Source: Haloferax volcanii DS2
Lineage (GTDB): Archaea; Halobacteriota; Halobacteria; Halobacteriales; Haloferacaceae
Direction of reading: 5' to 3'
Assembly (NCBI RefSeq): GCF_000025685.1
Contig: NC_013967.1
Coordinates: forward strand, 1,440,001 to 1,472,000
DNA length: 32,000 bases
The notes under the pieces are model-generated. The model made no database searches. It was not told the DNA's origin and saw only the letters and a list, made by a program, of their open reading frames with translations. The position numbers and the translations under genes were made by a program. Positions 19,300-29,247 of the stretch are shown here, in pieces (the stretch's first letter is position 1; every line of letters begins with the position of its first letter).

Positions 19300-19620
19300 T
19301 CAGGGCGCGCCCGCGATGACGAACGTGCTCTCCTCGGGGCCGTTTCGGAGTTCGCGCGTGTCCTCAGGCGAGACGCGCACGGCGTCGCCGGGTTCGAGGT
19401 CGAGTTCCTTGTCCTCGACGACGAGCGTCGCCTCGCCCGAGACGAGGTAGTACACTTCCTCGTGGCCCTGCTCGGCGTGGTCGTGGGGTTTGCCGGACCA
19501 GTCGGGGTCGGCCTCCAACACGCTGAAGCCGAGTTCGACGCAGTCGAGTTCGTCTCGCAGGAAGTGGAGCCCGCCGCCGACCGCGTCTACGTCCTCGTAG
19601 TTCGCTTTCGTGTAGGACAT
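19300..19620 (-). CDS. Cupin domain protein
   Basis: Trimmed to the ATG at 19620 (MSYTKANYEDV...), 106 aa. Cupin motif GKPHDHAEQGHEEVYYLVSGE...GDAVRVSP. Lies 52 nt downstream of dnaJ on the same strand. Confidence 0.75.
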   Translation of the reverse strand: MSYTKANYEDVDAVGGGLHFLRDELDCVELGFSVLEADPDWSGKPHDHAEQGHEEVYYLVSGEATLVVEDKELDLEPGDAVRVSPEDTRELRNGPEESTFVIAGAP

Positions 19621-19672
19621 CGGCCGAACCGACGGCCGCCACACACGAGAGCGTGGCGGTGTCGGAAATCGC

Positions 19673-20830
19673 TCACAGCGAGTTCTTCAGCTTCTGGAAG
19701 AGGCCCTCTTTGACCTCCTCGCCGCCGGCCTCGGCGAACTCTTTGAGCGCCTCGCGCTGCTCGCTGTTGAGGTCCTCGGGCGTGACGACGTGGACCTCGA
19801 CGTGCAGGTCGCCGTTGCCACGGCCGTCGAGGTGGGGCATCCCCGCGCCGGAAACGGTGAACGTCGACCCGCTTTGGGTGCCTGCGGGCACCTTCAGTTC
19901 CTCCTCGCCGTCGAGCGTCGGCACCTCGACGGTCGCGCCGAAGACGGCCTGCGGGAAGGAAATGGGATGGGTGTAGCGGAGGTCGTCGCCGTCGCGGTCG
20001 AACTCGTCGTGGTCGCGGACGTTGACCTCGACGAACAGGTCGCCGTTGGGACCGCCGTTCTCGCCGGGTTCGCCCTCGCCGCGGTAGCGGAGGCGCTGGC
20101 CGTCGCGGAAGCCGGCGGGGATGGTGATGGTCACGTCGCGAGTGCGACGGACGCGCCCGCTCCCGCGGCACTCCGAACAGTCCTCGCTGTACGTCTCGCC
20201 CTCGCCGCCGCAGGCGCGACAGGTCGTCGTCTGCTGGACGCGGCCGAAGGGGGTCTGCTGGACCGTCGTCTGCTGGCCCGAGCCGTTACACTCCGAACAG
20301 GTGTTCACGTCGGCGTCCTCGGGATGGCCCTCGCCGTCGCACTCGGGACAGACCTCGCGGCGGCGAATCGTCACGTCGCGCTCGACGCCGTGGTAGGCGT
20401 CTTCGAGGTCGATTGAGATGCGCTGGGCCACGTCGCGGCCCTGCTGGGGACGGTTGCGCTGTTGGCCGCCCGCGCCGCCGTTGAACAGGTTGTTGAAGAT
20501 GTCCTCGAAGCCGCCGCCACCGCCGCCCATGCCGCCGAACGGGTTGCCGCCGCCGCCGAAGGGATTGCCCTGTCCGCGGCCGCCACCGCCGCCGCCGCGT
20601 TTCTGGGACTGCTGGAAGCGCTCGTGGCCGACTTGGTCGTACATCTGCCGCTTCTCGTCGTCCGTGAGCACCTCCTTGGCCTTCTGGACCTTCTTGAACT
20701 TCTCCTCGGCGTCGTCCTCGTCGGAAACGTCGGGGTGGTACTTCGCGGCCTTCTTGCGGTACGCGTTCTTGATTTCGTCTTTCGAGGCGTCCCGCGAGAC
20801 CCCGAGTACGTCGTAGAAGTCCTCGCTCAT
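19673..20830 (-). CDS. dnaJ: Chaperone DnaJ (Hsp40)
   Basis: 385 aa. J domain with HPD (KYHPDV), G/F-rich region, four CxxCxGxG zinc-finger repeats. Confidence 0.97.
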   Translation of the reverse strand: MSEDFYDVLGVSRDASKDEIKNAYRKKAAKYHPDVSDEDDAEEKFKKVQKAKEVLTDDEKRQMYDQVGHERFQQSQKRGGGGGGRGQGNPFGGGGNPFGGMGGGGGGFEDIFNNLFNGGAGGQQRNRPQQGRDVAQRISIDLEDAYHGVERDVTIRRREVCPECDGEGHPEDADVNTCSECNGSGQQTTVQQTPFGRVQQTTTCRACGGEGETYSEDCSECRGSGRVRRTRDVTITIPAGFRDGQRLRYRGEGEPGENGGPNGDLFVEVNVRDHDEFDRDGDDLRYTHPISFPQAVFGATVEVPTLDGEEELKVPAGTQSGSTFTVSGAGMPHLDGRGNGDLHVEVHVVTPEDLNSEQREALKEFAEAGGEEVKEGLFQKLKNSL

Positions 20831-20938
20831 CAGTTGCTCTCTTGTAGCCGGTGAAGGTATTTGAAAAGTCCGTCTCTCGTATCGCGGCGAGCGCGAACGG
20901 GGTCAAACCGGGGGTTTCGCCCGGATTCGACCGCCGGC

Positions 20939-20961
20939 GTCGGGTCTCTCTGCGACCCGAC
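20939..20961 (-). other. Strong hairpin (GTCGGGTC-N7-GACCCGAC) 14 nt downstream of the dnaK stop, in the dnaK-dnaJ spacer
   Basis: 8-bp GC-rich stem read directly. No following U-run, so it is not a canonical archaeal terminator. Confidence 0.45.
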
Positions 20962-20974
20962 CGTCCACCTGTGG

Positions 20975-22852
<1,878 letters not shown>

Positions 22853-23073
22853 CTTGCCCGCAAATACCGTCTTTTGCCGGTTAAAGGTTACTAGATACTG
22901 CGACACACGGCGTGCACCGAGGTCGACGCCGTCTTTCGATTTTCTATTCTCGCGTCGAAAAGAGGTCGGTCGATTTATGTAGAACCGCCGACCGCGTCGC
23001 GGCGACGCTCCGAGAGTGGTCGCCCGGCGGCGACCCGGCACCCGGCCGACCGACCGTGCGACCTCGTTGCTCG

Positions 23074-23868
23074 TCAGTCCGTCGGCTGCGGGCGTTCGGT
23101 TCCGTCGGCCGAGTCGGTCGCGTCAGCGCCGTTCGCCCGGAGCGACGACGCGTCGACGCCGTCGAGGGCGTCGAGCACCGTGGAAAGCGTCCGCTCGCGG
23201 CCCTCACTGGCGAAGAACTCGTGACCGCCGTCGTACGGGACGAGGTTCGATGCCGGCGTCCGGTCGCCGATTGCGCGAACGTCCACGACCCGGTCCGAAA
23301 GCGAGACAAACACCACGTCGTCGGGGCGGAACGGCGGCAGCGACGCCTGCGCGCCGCGAATCATGCGGAGAAAGGCGGGCGAGGCGTTAGCCGGGGCGTC
23401 GGCCAGTTCGGCGGCGAGTTTCAGTTCGCCGAGGTCCACGCGGGAGATGCCGGACGGGACGATAGGTTTGGTCGTCGGCAGCCGACTGACGAGGGGAAAC
23501 AGGAGGGCGGCGAGCCCCGAAATCGCCGTCCCCCACCACGGGCTCAGAAAGACGTTCCGAACCGCGAGGTCGAGGTGGGCGGCGACGAGGCCGCCGGTGC
23601 TGTGGCTGAGCACGAGGTCGATGTCGCGGTCGACCGCGTACGCCCGCACCGGACTCACGTACTGGCGCTCGAACTCCCAGCCGTTCGTCGGCAGTTCGAC
23701 GGCGTGGACGTGGTAGCCCTCGTAGGTGAGGCGGTCGAGGAGCCACTCGACGCTCCGGTGACCCGGCTCGTTGCCCCACCCGAGGACGAAAAGCAGGTCG
23801 TCGTCGCCGGGGTCGCCGTGTTGGGTGACGCGCACGGTCGGCCGCCGCCGACGGGAACGAAGTCGCAT
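23074..23868 (-). CDS. Alpha/beta-fold hydrolase, unknown substrate
   Basis: Trimmed to the ATG at 23868 ([14 protein letters not shown]...); the track start is a TTG. Nucleophile elbow LSHSTGG and C-terminal DGGHEFF (candidate catalytic His). Confidence 0.7.
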   Translation of the reverse strand: MRLRSRRRRPTVRVTQHGDPGDDDLLFVLGWGNEPGHRSVEWLLDRLTYEGYHVHAVELPTNGWEFERQYVSPVRAYAVDRDIDLVLSHSTGGLVAAHLDLAVRNVFLSPWWGTAISGLAALLFPLVSRLPTTKPIVPSGISRVDLGELKLAAELADAPANASPAFLRMIRGAQASLPPFRPDDVVFVSLSDRVVDVRAIGDRTPASNLVPYDGGHEFFASEGRERTLSTVLDALDGVDASSLRANGADATDSADGTERPQPTD

Positions 23869-23961
23869 GGCGTAGTGATAGCGAGGTGAGAACAAAAGTC
23901 CTCGCCGGGTCGGGGAGGCGAGACCGCTCCCGGCGACGGCGAGCGCCCGGTCGGCGGCGCG

Positions 23962-24657
23962 CTATTCGCCCTTGCTGACCGTGATCTGCGCGGCGCGGAT
24001 GACCTTGTCGGCCATCTCGTAGCCGGGCTGGAACACGTCGGCGACGGTGTCCGCCGGCTGGTCGCTGTCGACGCGCATCATCACTTCGTGGCGGTTCGGG
24101 TCAACGTCGGTCCCCGGTTCGGGGTCGATGATTTCGACGTTCTCGTCTTCGAGGATGCGGTCGAACTCCTTGAGCGTCGATTCGAGGCCGCCGCGGATGT
24201 CGGCGTCCTCGTCCTGGTCGAGCGCGCGAACGAGGTTGTCGCGGACGGTGACGACGCGCTCGACGAAGTCCTCGGTGGCGCGGTCTTTGATTTGGGACTG
24301 CCGCTTCTTCGCGCGCTTCTTGTAGTTCTGGAAGTCGGCCTGCGTCCGCTTGAGACGCGACTGGAGTTCCTCGGCCGTCGCCTCCGCCTCGTCGCGCTCG
24401 GCTTCGAGGTCGTCGACGCGGGCTTCGAGCGCCGCGACCTCGGCCGCGAGGTCGTCGTCGTACTCGGCGACGCGGTCGGCGACGGTCGGCCCGTCGCCCG
24501 TCGCGCCGGATTCCTCGGCCGCCGACTCGGCGCTCGACGCCTCGCCGTCGGCGTCCGTCGCCGCGTCTTCGGCCGTCTGCGCCGCTGCGTCGGATGCCGC
24601 GTCAGTCTCGGCGTCTGCGTTCGCGTCCGTGACCGACTCGGCAGGGTCGTCGCTCAT
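23962..24657 (-). CDS. grpE: Nucleotide exchange factor GrpE
   Basis: 231 aa. Acidic N-terminal tail, coiled-coil LQSRLKRTQADFQNYKKR, C-terminal FDPNRHE-type motif (VDPNRHEVM). TTTAAG lies 24-29 nt upstream. Confidence 0.95.
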   Translation of the reverse strand: MSDDPAESVTDANADAETDAASDAAAQTAEDAATDADGEASSAESAAEESGATGDGPTVADRVAEYDDDLAAEVAALEARVDDLEAERDEAEATAEELQSRLKRTQADFQNYKKRAKKRQSQIKDRATEDFVERVVTVRDNLVRALDQDEDADIRGGLESTLKEFDRILEDENVEIIDPEPGTDVDPNRHEVMMRVDSDQPADTVADVFQPGYEMADKVIRAAQITVSKGE

Positions 24658-24783
24658 GGGCGGGAGAAGTGTCCGACGCGGCTTAAACGTGTAGACTGCG
24701 GGTCGGCCGAAACGCTTCTCAGGGCGGAACCGTCGCGCGGGCCGAGACTCCCCGCGACCGACGGCCAGCGCCGCCCACTCCGC

Positions 24784-25530
24784 TTACTGGTACATCCCGA
24801 GCGGTCGGGCCTGCGTGCTCTCCTCGTCGGACTGCTGCATCCGCCGGGCCAACTGCTCTTTGGCCTGTCGTATCTCGGTGGCGCTGTTCACGAGGTCGTC
24901 CACGGGCACCTCGATACCGACGAGCGGTTCGATGCCGTGTTTGATGACGACGCGGGCCGCCTCGGGGTCGGGGAACTGCGGGTCCGACTCGACGACCAAC
25001 GCGAGCGCCGGCCGGCCGACCGAGACGGCGTTGCTCAGGAGCGCGCCCGTCGGCCCCGAGACGAGGCCGGTCTCCGTCGGACGGTCGATACCGGCGGCTT
25101 CGAGCCGCGACGCCGCGCCGTCGGTGCCGACGCCGTAGAGCGCGGGCACGTCCTCGGACTTCTCGCGGGCGATGCCCGAGAGGAACACGGGGAGCACGTC
25201 GAGTTCCTCGAACCACGGGCCGAGGCAGGTGGCGAGTTCGGTCGCCGCCTCGGGCCGGATGGGGATGTCGCTCTGGAGGACGAGCAGGTCCCGCTCCGCG
25301 TCGGCGTAGAGCCTGACCGGCGGGTGCAACGCCGGGTCGTCCTCCATGTAGACCGCGACCTTCGGGACGCCCTCGCAGAACACGTCGGCGTAGTGGGTCA
25401 TGTCGAACTCCGAGACCAGGTGGTCGGCCGCGATTTTGCCGACCAACCCCACGCCCGGCAGCCCTTCGACCAGCGTCGGCGACTCCAGTTCGTCGGTGAG
25501 TTCCTCCGCGAGGACGCGAATGCGAGCCAT
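24784..25530 (-). CDS. PAC2-family proteasome assembly chaperone (PbaA/PbaB-like)
   Basis: Trimmed to the ATG at 25530 (MARIRVLAEEL...), 248 aa. N-terminal TLVEGLPGVGLVGKIAADHL is typical of PAC2. The C-terminus ends ...PLGMYQ (hydrophobic-Tyr-X). Confidence 0.75.
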   Translation of the reverse strand: MARIRVLAEELTDELESPTLVEGLPGVGLVGKIAADHLVSEFDMTHYADVFCEGVPKVAVYMEDDPALHPPVRLYADAERDLLVLQSDIPIRPEAATELATCLGPWFEELDVLPVFLSGIAREKSEDVPALYGVGTDGAASRLEAAGIDRPTETGLVSGPTGALLSNAVSVGRPALALVVESDPQFPDPEAARVVIKHGIEPLVGIEVPVDDLVNSATEIRQAKEQLARRMQQSDEESTQARPLGMYQ

Positions 25531-25543
25531 ACGTGAACATGGT

Positions 25544-25607
25544 CGCCGGGGCGAGGTAAATCCGACGGGCGACTGTGCGGTCATCGCCTGCCGGCCTCGC
25601 CCCGGCG
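25544..25607. repeat. 13-bp perfect inverted repeat CGCCGGGGCGAGG / CCTCGCCCCGGCG separated by 38 nt, bracketing the PAC2-gene TATA-like box
   Basis: Arms at 25544-25556 and 25595-25607, checked base by base. Confidence 0.7.
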
Positions 25608-25703
25608 CGACTGCTTCGGCCGGTGGCGTCTCCCGGCGACGGCGCCTGCGACCCCGCCGGTGACTCCGAAACCGACAAGCGCGCCCGCGCTGAATCGAGT
25701 GTC

Positions 25704-26645
25704 ATGAACCCGCTCCAGCGGTACGCGCCGCTCGTGGACGACGAGGAGGCCTTTTTCGCGGCCTGCGAGCGGCCGCTTCCCTCCGTCGTCCGCGTCAACA
25801 CCATCAAGACGACGGTGGCGCGCGCCCGCGAGGCGCTCGACGACGAGGGCGTCGCCTACGAACCGACCGACTGGCACCCCGGCATCCTGGAACTCGAAGA
25901 CAGCAGTCCGGGGACGAACTGGCCGTACTTCCACGGCTGGCTCCACGGCCAAGAGGAGGTGTCGGCGCTCCCGGCTATCGCCCTCGACCCGCAACCGGGC
26001 GAGCGCGTCTGGGACACCTGCGCCGCGCCGGGGTCGAAGACGACCCAGATAGCCGCCATGATGGACGACGAGGGCGTCCTCGTCGGCAACGACAACAACC
26101 TCGGTCGGCTGTCGGCGCTCCGCCACAACGCCGAGCGCCTCGGCGTGACGAACCTCGTCGTGTCGAATCAGGACGCCCGCAACTTCTCGATGAAGCCCTA
26201 CGGGGAGCGAACCCCCGAGAGGGACGCGTCGTTCGAGCAGTTCGACCGCGTCCTCGTCGACGCGCCGTGTTCCTGCGAGGGAACCTGTCGGAAGAACCCC
26301 GACGTGCTCGACGAGTGGACGATGAACCACGTCAAGAGCGTCGCCGGCATCCAGAAGGGCATCCTCCGGCGGGCCGTGCAGGTGACGAAAGCCGGCGGTA
26401 CCGTCGTCTACTCCACCTGCACCTTCGCGCCCGATGAGAACGAGGCCATCCTCGACTTCGTCCTCGAACGTGAGGACTGCGAGGTCGTCGAGTGGGACGT
26501 GCCCGGCGGCTTCGAGACCGCACCCGGCATCACCGAGTGGGAGGGCGACGAGTACGACCCGTCGGTGACCAAGGCTCGCCGCGTCTACCCGCACCACAAC
26601 GACACGGGCGGCTTCTTCACCGCCAAACTGGAGGTGACCGCATGA
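25704..26645 (+). CDS. NOL1/NOP2/Sun-family RNA (cytosine-C5) methyltransferase (Trm4/RsmF-like catalytic domain)
   Basis: Trimmed to the ATG at 25704 (MNPLQRYAPL...), 313 aa. SAM motif DTCAAPGSKT, motif IV DAPCSCEGTCRKNPD, motif VI VYSTCTFAPDENE. Confidence 0.88.
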   Translation: MNPLQRYAPLVDDEEAFFAACERPLPSVVRVNTIKTTVARAREALDDEGVAYEPTDWHPGILELEDSSPGTNWPYFHGWLHGQEEVSALPAIALDPQPGERVWDTCAAPGSKTTQIAAMMDDEGVLVGNDNNLGRLSALRHNAERLGVTNLVVSNQDARNFSMKPYGERTPERDASFEQFDRVLVDAPCSCEGTCRKNPDVLDEWTMNHVKSVAGIQKGILRRAVQVTKAGGTVVYSTCTFAPDENEAILDFVLEREDCEVVEWDVPGGFETAPGITEWEGDEYDPSVTKARRVYPHHNDTGGFFTAKLEVTA

Positions 26646-27178
26646 GCGACGACACCGCCCCCGACGAGAACTGGGGCCAGCAGTTCGACCGCCTGCCGCC
26701 GACGGCCGACGACCGCGTCGTCGAGGGGCGGCCCTCCCGCGAGGAGGTCGTCGACTGGTGGGACGAGCGGTTCGGCGTCGACCCCGCAGTCTTCGACGGC
26801 TACACGTTCTGGGAGAAGGGCGCGGGCAAGATTTGGGCGTTCCACGGCGAGGTCGTCGACCCCATCGAAGTCGAGGGACTCGGGATGCGCATCCTGCGGA
26901 CCCGCCAGCGCCACTGGAAGCCCTCGACCAACGCGGTCCAGCGCTTCTGCGGCGACGCGACGAAGAACGTCATCGAACTGAGTCCGAGCGAGGCGCAGGC
27001 GTTCGTCGACGGCCACGACCAACAGCTCGACCGGTGGGAGGGCGACTGGGGCTACCTCACCGCCGCCCACGAAATCGCCGGCGAACTCGAACCTCTCGGC
27101 GTCGGCCTCTACCTCCACGGGGAGCTCCGCTCGACCGTCCCCAAGGGCCGGCAGGAAGACCTCGTCAAACCGGAATAG
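26642..27178 (+). CDS. Stand-alone pre-PUA/PUA-like domain protein resembling the C-terminal RNA-binding region of RsmF-type methyltransferases
   Basis: The ATG at 26642 overlaps the methyltransferase stop (ATGA), 178 aa. The C-terminal GDWGYLTAAHEIAGELEPLGVGLYLHGELRSTVPKGRQ resembles the G..plG.G....g.lkn.yPKG.R ending of RsmF PUA-like domains, recognised from memory and not searched. Confidence 0.6.
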   Translation: MSDDTAPDENWGQQFDRLPPTADDRVVEGRPSREEVVDWWDERFGVDPAVFDGYTFWEKGAGKIWAFHGEVVDPIEVEGLGMRILRTRQRHWKPSTNAVQRFCGDATKNVIELSPSEAQAFVDGHDQQLDRWEGDWGYLTAAHEIAGELEPLGVGLYLHGELRSTVPKGRQEDLVKPE

Positions 27179-27211
27179 CCGGCAGCGACCGGGTCGCGGT
27201 GCTGCGCCCCG

Positions 27212-28714
27212 CTACTTCTCTCTGACCGTCCCGCCGGTCAGTCCCTCCCACTCGACCCGGTAGCCGAGCCGCGAGAGGACCGCGCTCGCGTCGTCGAGGC
27301 CGCGGTCGTCGAGGGCGGACTCGGCCGCCGACAGCGACAGCCCCGCCTCGATTTCGCCGGCGAGCGCGTCGAGAACGGCCGGCCTCACCAGCGTCCGCCC
27401 GACGAGTTCGTGTTCCGGGAAGGCCACGTCGTCGAGCGCGTCGACCGAGACGCCGCGGGCGGCCGCGAGGTCCGACAGCGTCACCACGTCATCGTCGGGC
27501 GCGAGTTCGGCGGGGAGCGACGAGGCCGCATCGGCGACGAGGTCGGACTCGTAGTCGCGCAGCACGTCAACCACGTCCTTCACGCGCACGGAGCCTGCGT
27601 AGGGGACGGCGCGGTGGTCGCGGGCGGCGATGTCCTCGCCGACCCCAAGCGACTCGTCCACGGCGACGACGAGTTCCACGTCCTCCACGTCGGCGAGTTG
27701 GCCCAGTTTCTTTTCGACGTACTCGGGCGTCCAAAAGCCCATAATCTCGAAGAAGACGCGGAAGTCGGCGTGCGCGTAGTCGAACGCGAAGTCGGGAATC
27801 ATCACGCTCGTCCCCGTTTCGAGGGGTTCCGGCTCCCGGACGAGCGACCAGTCGAGGTCGAGGCCGCGGAAGCGGGCGGCGAAGTCGGCCTCCACGCCGC
27901 TGTCGAAGCCGGGTTCGGCCATCGGTTCGACGCCGGGGACCGACACGTCGTCGCTCGTGAGCGTCATCTCGCGCTCGGTCCCGCGGTCGTCGATAGTCGC
28001 CGCGAGCCGCCAGTCGCCGGCGGTGGCGACCGACCGGAGCAGGCGGGCGAAGGCGGTTCCGTAGCGTCTGGTTCGCTGAAACAGCGCGTCGGGGCCGGTG
28101 ACGACGACCTCGCGGCCGGCGTCGGTCTTCCGAATCTCGTACATCAGGCGGAGGCGCTTGACCGCCGAGACGACGGCCTTCGGGTCGGAGCTTCGGACCC
28201 GGACCTCGGTCGCGTCGAACAGGGCGGTCTGGGCGAGCGAGAGGTTGTACTGCGCGAGCAGTTCGTCCGGCGTCCACCGCGGGTCGAACTCGGAGAGCAC
28301 CTGTTCGACCTCGCGGTCGGCCGTGAGCGACTCGTCGACCCCCGCCGGCGACGACCCGAGCGAGGACGCCGCGCGGTCGAGCGCCGCGGCCCGTTCCTCC
28401 TCGGTCGCCACGCCGCCGACGCTCATCGCGGCCTCGAACGCGGCGCGTCGGGCGCGGACCGGCGGCAGGGGAGCCGCCGTCTCGAACACCGCCTCGCGGT
28501 CGAGCAGCGACGCGAACCCGCGGGCGAGTTTGAAGTCGTCGGCCTCGGCTTCGAGGTCGGCGAGGGCGTCGTCGAGGGCGGCCCGCGCGTCGCCGACGTG
28601 TCGCCGGAAGACGCCGATGGCCTTCGCGGCCAGCGGGCGGTCGCCCCGGTCAGCGAACTGCGGGTGGTAGCCGCCGCCCGCCCGCGACACCCGAAGCAGG
28701 TCCTTCGTCAGCAC
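27212..28714 (-). CDS. bax1: Bax1 (DUF790) endonuclease, partner of XPB
   Basis: Hallmark nuclease region MIPDFAFDY...RVFFEIMGFWTPEYVEKKLGQL. Start chosen at the GTG at 28714, giving MLTKDLLRVSRAGGGYHPQF, the canonical DUF790 N-terminus, with CTTTTG 27-32 nt upstream. Alternative starts: ATG 28816 and GTG 28837 (track). Confidence 0.85.
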   Translation of the reverse strand: MLTKDLLRVSRAGGGYHPQFADRGDRPLAAKAIGVFRRHVGDARAALDDALADLEAEADDFKLARGFASLLDREAVFETAAPLPPVRARRAAFEAAMSVGGVATEEERAAALDRAASSLGSSPAGVDESLTADREVEQVLSEFDPRWTPDELLAQYNLSLAQTALFDATEVRVRSSDPKAVVSAVKRLRLMYEIRKTDAGREVVVTGPDALFQRTRRYGTAFARLLRSVATAGDWRLAATIDDRGTEREMTLTSDDVSVPGVEPMAEPGFDSGVEADFAARFRGLDLDWSLVREPEPLETGTSVMIPDFAFDYAHADFRVFFEIMGFWTPEYVEKKLGQLADVEDVELVVAVDESLGVGEDIAARDHRAVPYAGSVRVKDVVDVLRDYESDLVADAASSLPAELAPDDDVVTLSDLAAARGVSVDALDDVAFPEHELVGRTLVRPAVLDALAGEIEAGLSLSAAESALDDRGLDDASAVLSRLGYRVEWEGLTGGTVREK

Positions 28715-28840
28715 GCTCGCAACGAGGGGGTCGCGGGACAAAAGCGACTCGGGCGGCGGGGAGACGCGCGCGACGGTGAGTGAGACGCGACCGACGACGC
28801 GGACGGCAAGGTTCATTGCGTCCGCGGCGGACGCCACCGT

Positions 28841-29233
28841 ATGGAGCGACGACGCCTCCTCGGACTGGTCGCGGTCGGCCTGTCGTCGGGTTGTCTGGGG
28901 TCGCTACCGGGCGCGACGGGGCCGCGAAACCCACCGGCGGCGCCGGCGGGCAACCCCCGGGACACGCCCGAGATCTCCCCGGTCCGCATCGAAGATATCG
29001 ACTACGAGGCGACCGACGACGGCCGTCTCCGGGTCTTCGGGTCGGTTCTCAACGACGGCGGGGCCGAGCGACTCACCACGGTCGAAGTCCGGGTCAGCGT
29101 CGGCGGCGAACGCACGACGCAGTCGCGGGAACTCACCGTGCCGGCCGGCGGGACCGCCGACTTCGAAATCGAGTTCGACGTCGAATACGACGCCTTCTCC
29201 GACGACGGCGACCTGAACGTCTCGCTAGTCTGA
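28841..29233 (+). CDS. Small Tat-exported lipoprotein, probable beta-sandwich, unknown function
   Basis: 130 aa. Twin-arginine plus lipobox MERRRLLGLVAVGLSSGC. The acidic mature part has alternating beta-strand-like pattern (RLRVFGSVLNDG..TTVEVRVSVGG..TVPAGGTADFEIEFDV). High GC3 is consistent with real coding. Confidence 0.7.
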   Translation: MERRRLLGLVAVGLSSGCLGSLPGATGPRNPPAAPAGNPRDTPEISPVRIEDIDYEATDDGRLRVFGSVLNDGGAERLTTVEVRVSVGGERTTQSRELTVPAGGTADFEIEFDVEYDAFSDDGDLNVSLV

Positions 29234-29247
29234 GAGGGGTTTCCGCG

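Noticed and set aside
22853-23041. N-terminal extension of the dnaK ORF to 23041. Analogous extensions exist for cdd (to 13772), PAC2 (to 25584), the methyltransferase (from 25575), the PUA-like gene (from 26492), the cupin, the hydrolase, the GNAT, the symporter and the acs-family gene.
   Set aside because: The extensions are basic, low-complexity sequence with no similarity to the families. They often begin with GTG or TTG and run through the TATA-like boxes. Internal ATG starts give canonical N-termini, for example [16 protein letters not shown].
27179-27211. GCGAC-cgg-GTCGC mini-hairpin in the 33-nt gap between the convergent PUA-like gene and bax1, considered as a bidirectional terminator.
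   Set aside because: It has a 5-bp stem with a 3-nt loop and no adjacent T-run on either strand. This is too weak to call.
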